A stretch of 36,548 nucleotides of DNA from Spirogloea muscicola (lineage: Eukaryota). Shown one piece after another: positions 33,101 to 36,548 of this stretch (positions are counted from its first letter, which is position 1; every line of letters begins with the position of its first letter). The stretch is taken from assembly GCA_009602725.1 (NCBI GenBank), contig WELB01000012.1, positions 1,304,621-1,341,168 on the forward strand. The letters are read 5' to 3'. The notes under the pieces are model-generated. The model was given only the letters and a program-made list of their open reading frames with translations, did no database searches and was not told the origin of the DNA. The translations under genes and the position numbers were made by a program.

Positions 33101-35750
33101 ACGGGTTACAAGCACTCCTCACGACCAGCTTGCCCATCCCGTCAACATTCACATCACGTACTCGACCTCAAAGCATCACAGCCTCAGCCTAACAATTACA
33201 TACACTGAATGCAGACGCATGAGGCTACTGTTGTCCTGGTCCCAGCCGCCACTGACCTGAGAAGGGCCTCGTCAAGCAGGTCCTTGCGATTCGTCATGCC
33301 AATCAGCAGGATATTGTTCAGCGCATCCACACCATCAATCTTGGTGAGGAGCTGGTTCACCACGCCATCGTGCACGCCAGTGCTGTCCTGCTTTGACCCA
33401 CGTGCCTGCACCACAAGCGGATCCCATGCTCCGCATGTCTCAAACACAACTCCAGCCATTGAACCAGAAAGACAAGAAGTATGCAGTCAAATGGCAGCCG
33501 ATGTGCACTGGGAATTTTGTCAGATTGCATCTGCTGCCGCAAGAGCTCATGCGCAAGCAAGGTAGGCCTGCACACTTGGGCAAGCGACACACTTTGCAGA
33601 TGGCATCGATCTCGTCGAAGATGATGATGTGCAGGTCACTGTTGTCGCCTATAGTAGCCAAGGACAAAATCAGATTATCTCGACGTTGGCTGCTCGCAGG
33701 TAGCAGTGCATCTCCACTGGCACCAGAGCAGAGGGGAGCACCGTATGGAGTGCCTCACCTTTTTCCTTCTGGTCCTTCTCTGCATCTGCAAAGAGGTTAC
33801 GAATGTTCTCCTCCGAGGCGCCCACGTACTTATTCAACACCTCTGGACCATTCACGACCTGCCAGCTCCAGGGGCAAGGCAAGTACAAGGTAAGCCCGTG
33901 CAGAGACACAGTGACTATGCCATCACAAGAGGAGGACAATGGCTGAAGCAAATGCACTCTACCAAGCTTGCAGCAGAGCCCCCTGCCTCCGCAGCATCAT
34001 GACAGATTGGCGGAGCAGCGTATCAGCTCAAGGGGTTGAATTGTTGCCGAGGACAATCCGTTGTGCCAACCTTGGGCTCCAGGCCATTGAGTAGCTTCCC
34101 AATCTGACGCGCAATTAGAGTCTTGCCTGTCCCAGGAGGCCCATACAGCAGCATCCCCTTGACGTGATTGATGCCAAGCCTACAATCAGGCACGTAGAGC
34201 ACACGGGGCACACATGAGAGCCTCACACAGCAGAGTAGTGGTCCACGTTCACACAACCTTCAGCATGGCCATGAGGATGCACCAACCTGCTGAGGACGTG
34301 AGATGGGAAGACGCGGGAGGCGAATGCCCTGCGGAAGATGGTGCCAAACTGGGCATCAAGGCCACCGATGCCGAGCTTCTCAAAGTTGAACTCCTTGTGC
34401 TTGAACAGGTTGGTGTTCATCCCCCCTCGCTGATTCACAATCTGCACAATGCCACACTACCCTCGTTGATGACGCCGCCAAGGCAAGGCAAACGACCGCC
34501 CCATATTGGCACGCATGGGGCCATCCAAGCTCTAGCGGATTGCTCTCTAGATGAGTGGCCCACACCAGCAGGCTCCACCTTGATGCCTGAGCCGTGAGGT
34601 GACTCGAAGATGAATGTCGTCGATGGGACGATCATGCCCCTCCGGGCAGGCTGAGGGTCCGAGGTGCCCAGGACCAGCAAGTCGGTGATGGTCATGGTGT
34701 AATTGCCTCCCTGGACTTCGAACACGATGACCTGCCCGATGCAGAAGACCTGCAGATGGCAAGCACGCCGGCCACCCGCAGAAGGCGCCGCCTGAGCATC
34801 ACTGCGGGCCAGGCTGCTGGCAGGCATCCGACGCGCTCTTGCAGCGTGCGGAGCGAGCGATCGAGCAGCGGTGAGGTGATCAGAGTCGCCTGGTTCGTTC
34901 CGGGGGCGACAGGGGCGCACGCTGAGCCGACCTGCGTGGCGAATAGCGTCTGGACCTTGGCGGCCACCACCTGAGCATCGAGCTGTGGGCGCGGAGCAGG
35001 GCGACGGAGTCACGAGCCTGCAGCCGGGCCGCAAGGTGGAAACGGCTGGCCGGGAAGGTGAGCGGCCGCCTGCGGCCTGCCGGGGCCGACAGCGCGCTCA
35101 CCTCCTCCGTGCCCCTCGGCCGCGCGCGCACATACTGGATGTCCGCCGTCACGGCCACGAGCTCGAAGTTGGCTTTGGGCCGCACGAACCTGGCCACCGG
35201 TGGGCGGCAAGTCAGCACGCCACGCGGGCCCCAGCGACGGGCTGGCCCGTGCGGCGGCCCGCACAAGGTGGACAGCCGGCGCACCAGCTCCGGCAGTCGT
35301 GCTGGCGGGCTGAGAGGGAAGGGGGCGAGGCGGCACCTGGAGACGTAGACGGAGTCGCCGGTGGAGAGCCTGGCGAACTTGCGCTGCGCCGCGTTGAGCG
35401 CCAGGCAGCCGGGCGCGACGCTGTCGTCGGGCGTGGCGGGCGGCGATGGTCAAGGAGGGCCGGCAACCGAGTCGAGGAGGCGGCGCGAGGCAGAGGGGCA
35501 GGGCGGCGAGGGAGGGCCCAGAGTGGGATGTGGGAGGGGGATATCGGACGGCGAGGACGAGGCCGCCGAGGCCGAGGTCGGCGAGGAAGTCGCGGGAGCG
35601 GGGGTGCGGCTCGTAGAGGTGCAGCTCCGCGGGGTGCACGTATGCGCAGTTGCTCAGCGCCAGCGCCGCCGACGGGCAGTTCACAATCACCGTCCGGATT
35701 CCCGCCACCGCCGCGCCGTCGGCGGCCGCGCGGGCCTGCGCCGCCGCCAT
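30168..35750 (-). CDS. NSF: Vesicle-fusing ATPase NSF/Sec18 (AAA+), 20 exons, 751 aa
   Basis: Exons (minus strand): 35750-35545, 35432-35337, 35189-35102, 34982-34932, 34749-34579, 34441-34287, 34179-34071, 33858-33759, 33648-33593, 33405-33257, 32988-32855, 32709-32496, 32198-32067, 31925-31865, 31755-31696, 31334-31276, 31165-31078, 30855-30733, 30591-30520, 30299-30168 (2256 nt). Motifs: [20 protein letters not shown], Walker A GPPGTGKT, Walker [28 protein letters not shown]2 GPGGSGKT and [15 protein letters not shown]. The start codon is inferred; an in-frame ATG also exists at 35927. Confidence 0.96.
31926..32066 (-). other. GC-AG intron in NSF (intron 13)
   Basis: AG|GCAAGC donor and TGCAG| acceptor. 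This splice restores the D2 Walker A motif GPGGSGKT. Confidence 0.85.
35433..35544 (-). other. AT-AC U12-type intron in NSF (intron 1)
   Basis: 5' end ATATCCCC. Branch motif TCCTTGAC at 35456-35449, with the branch A 17 nt from the end. 3' end CAC. Removal joins LVLAVR to [18 protein letters not shown] in frame. Confidence 0.88.
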
Positions 35751-36169
35751 GCCCGCGCTGCCAGGGCCGCACAGCCGGGGGGGTGCCGGAGCGGGCTGGC
35801 GCTGCTTCGGCGGGCGGGCCCCACCGGGGTGGAGGGCGCTGGGGCGGCTTGCCCGGCTTTCCCCCTCCAATGTGCCTTCCCTTGCGCTTGGCCACACCGG
35901 CCCTCCATCACTTGACGCACTCTCCATTCCTTAGCCAGCTCGTTGCCCCGTTACCAGGACTCCTGTACCCCTTAGCCGGCCTTTTACCGAGTTACCAGGA
36001 CATTTGTAAGGCTAGAATGGGCCTCCCTTTCGATTCCTTGCGCACCGCGCGCCTTCTCTCTGTACGGCTCGACGTTGGCCTCCCATTTCATTTGCATGCT
36101 GCACCAAGCGCCTTTCCCCCCGCTTTACTTTTGAAGAGAAGGCGCTAGCAAGCGCGGCCAGATTAACTG

Positions 36170-36548
36170 GTGGCTGGGAGAAGTGGCTCTCCCAATGGGG
36201 GCAAGGGCTGTGAGAAGCCAGCCCGAAAAGAATTGACAAGGTTCGAAGGGGCCAAAGTACGAGCTAAGCAGCGACTGCGGGGCCTGAAGAGGCTATGGCA
36301 GAACGGGGGAGGATGGACCACTCAGTAGTTACGAGTGAGGAGCCTCACATCCGACAGACTAGCTGCCGGTAAACTATCCCCCTGACGAAAGCCGGAGGCC
36401 GCAGCGAGAGCACGGCCAGCACGCAGATGCAAGGCGTGGGCCATGGACCGCTGGAGGGAGACGGACAAGCGCATACGATACACCTGAGCCCACGAGCCAG
36501 CGGCGTTGAAGTCAGCCGGCTCACCGCGCCTGCGGGACACAGCGCGCC
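36170..36548 (-). mobile_element. CRE-like non-LTR retrotransposon 3' end (runs off the window)
   Basis: AQVYRMRLSVSLQRSMAHALHLRAGRALAAASG...SLSDVRLLTRNY* is nearly identical in protein to the 20562-20756 copy, with mostly third-position differences. Shared 3' UTR. Confidence 0.7.

Noticed and set aside
35010..35927. Single 305-aa ORF as NSF exon 1
   Set aside because: NSF similarity switches frame after LVLAVR. The ORF simply runs through introns 1-3.
34985..36148. 387-aa plus-strand ORF and other long Arg/Ala/Gly-rich ORFs
   Set aside because: Shadow ORFs antisense to the very GC-rich NSF 5' exons and introns, with low complexity and no domain.

Overview
Eukaryotic, GC-rich DNA, most likely from a green (probably streptophyte) alga; the taxon is inferred. 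Bases ~1-29,500 are a nest of decayed Ty3/Gypsy chromovirus LTR retrotransposons with at least three LTR families, called A, B and C here. It contains one structurally complete 6.9-kb element (2575-9462, TCCGC TSD, iMet PBS, PPT), several solo LTRs with TSDs, truncated gag/pol/chromodomain relics, and 3' fragments of a CRE-like (RLE-type) non-LTR retrotransposon. Bases 30168-35750 carry an intact 20-exon NSF/SEC18 gene on the minus strand (751 aa by manual splicing). Main observations: (1) an AT-AC, U12-type (minor spliceosome) first intron in NSF, plus a GC-AG intron; (2) a CTTCCGCTG motif shared by all LTR families that was hit by three independent insertions and one inversion breakpoint; (3) a ~10.5-kb inversion reconstructed from a split RT and a split LTR; (4) an extra ~120-aa segment between Gag and protease that may be a degenerate adenine-methyltransferase fold and is partly bounded by splice-like signals; (5) several fold-back or templated junction scars. 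All coordinates were counted by hand and may be off by a few bases.
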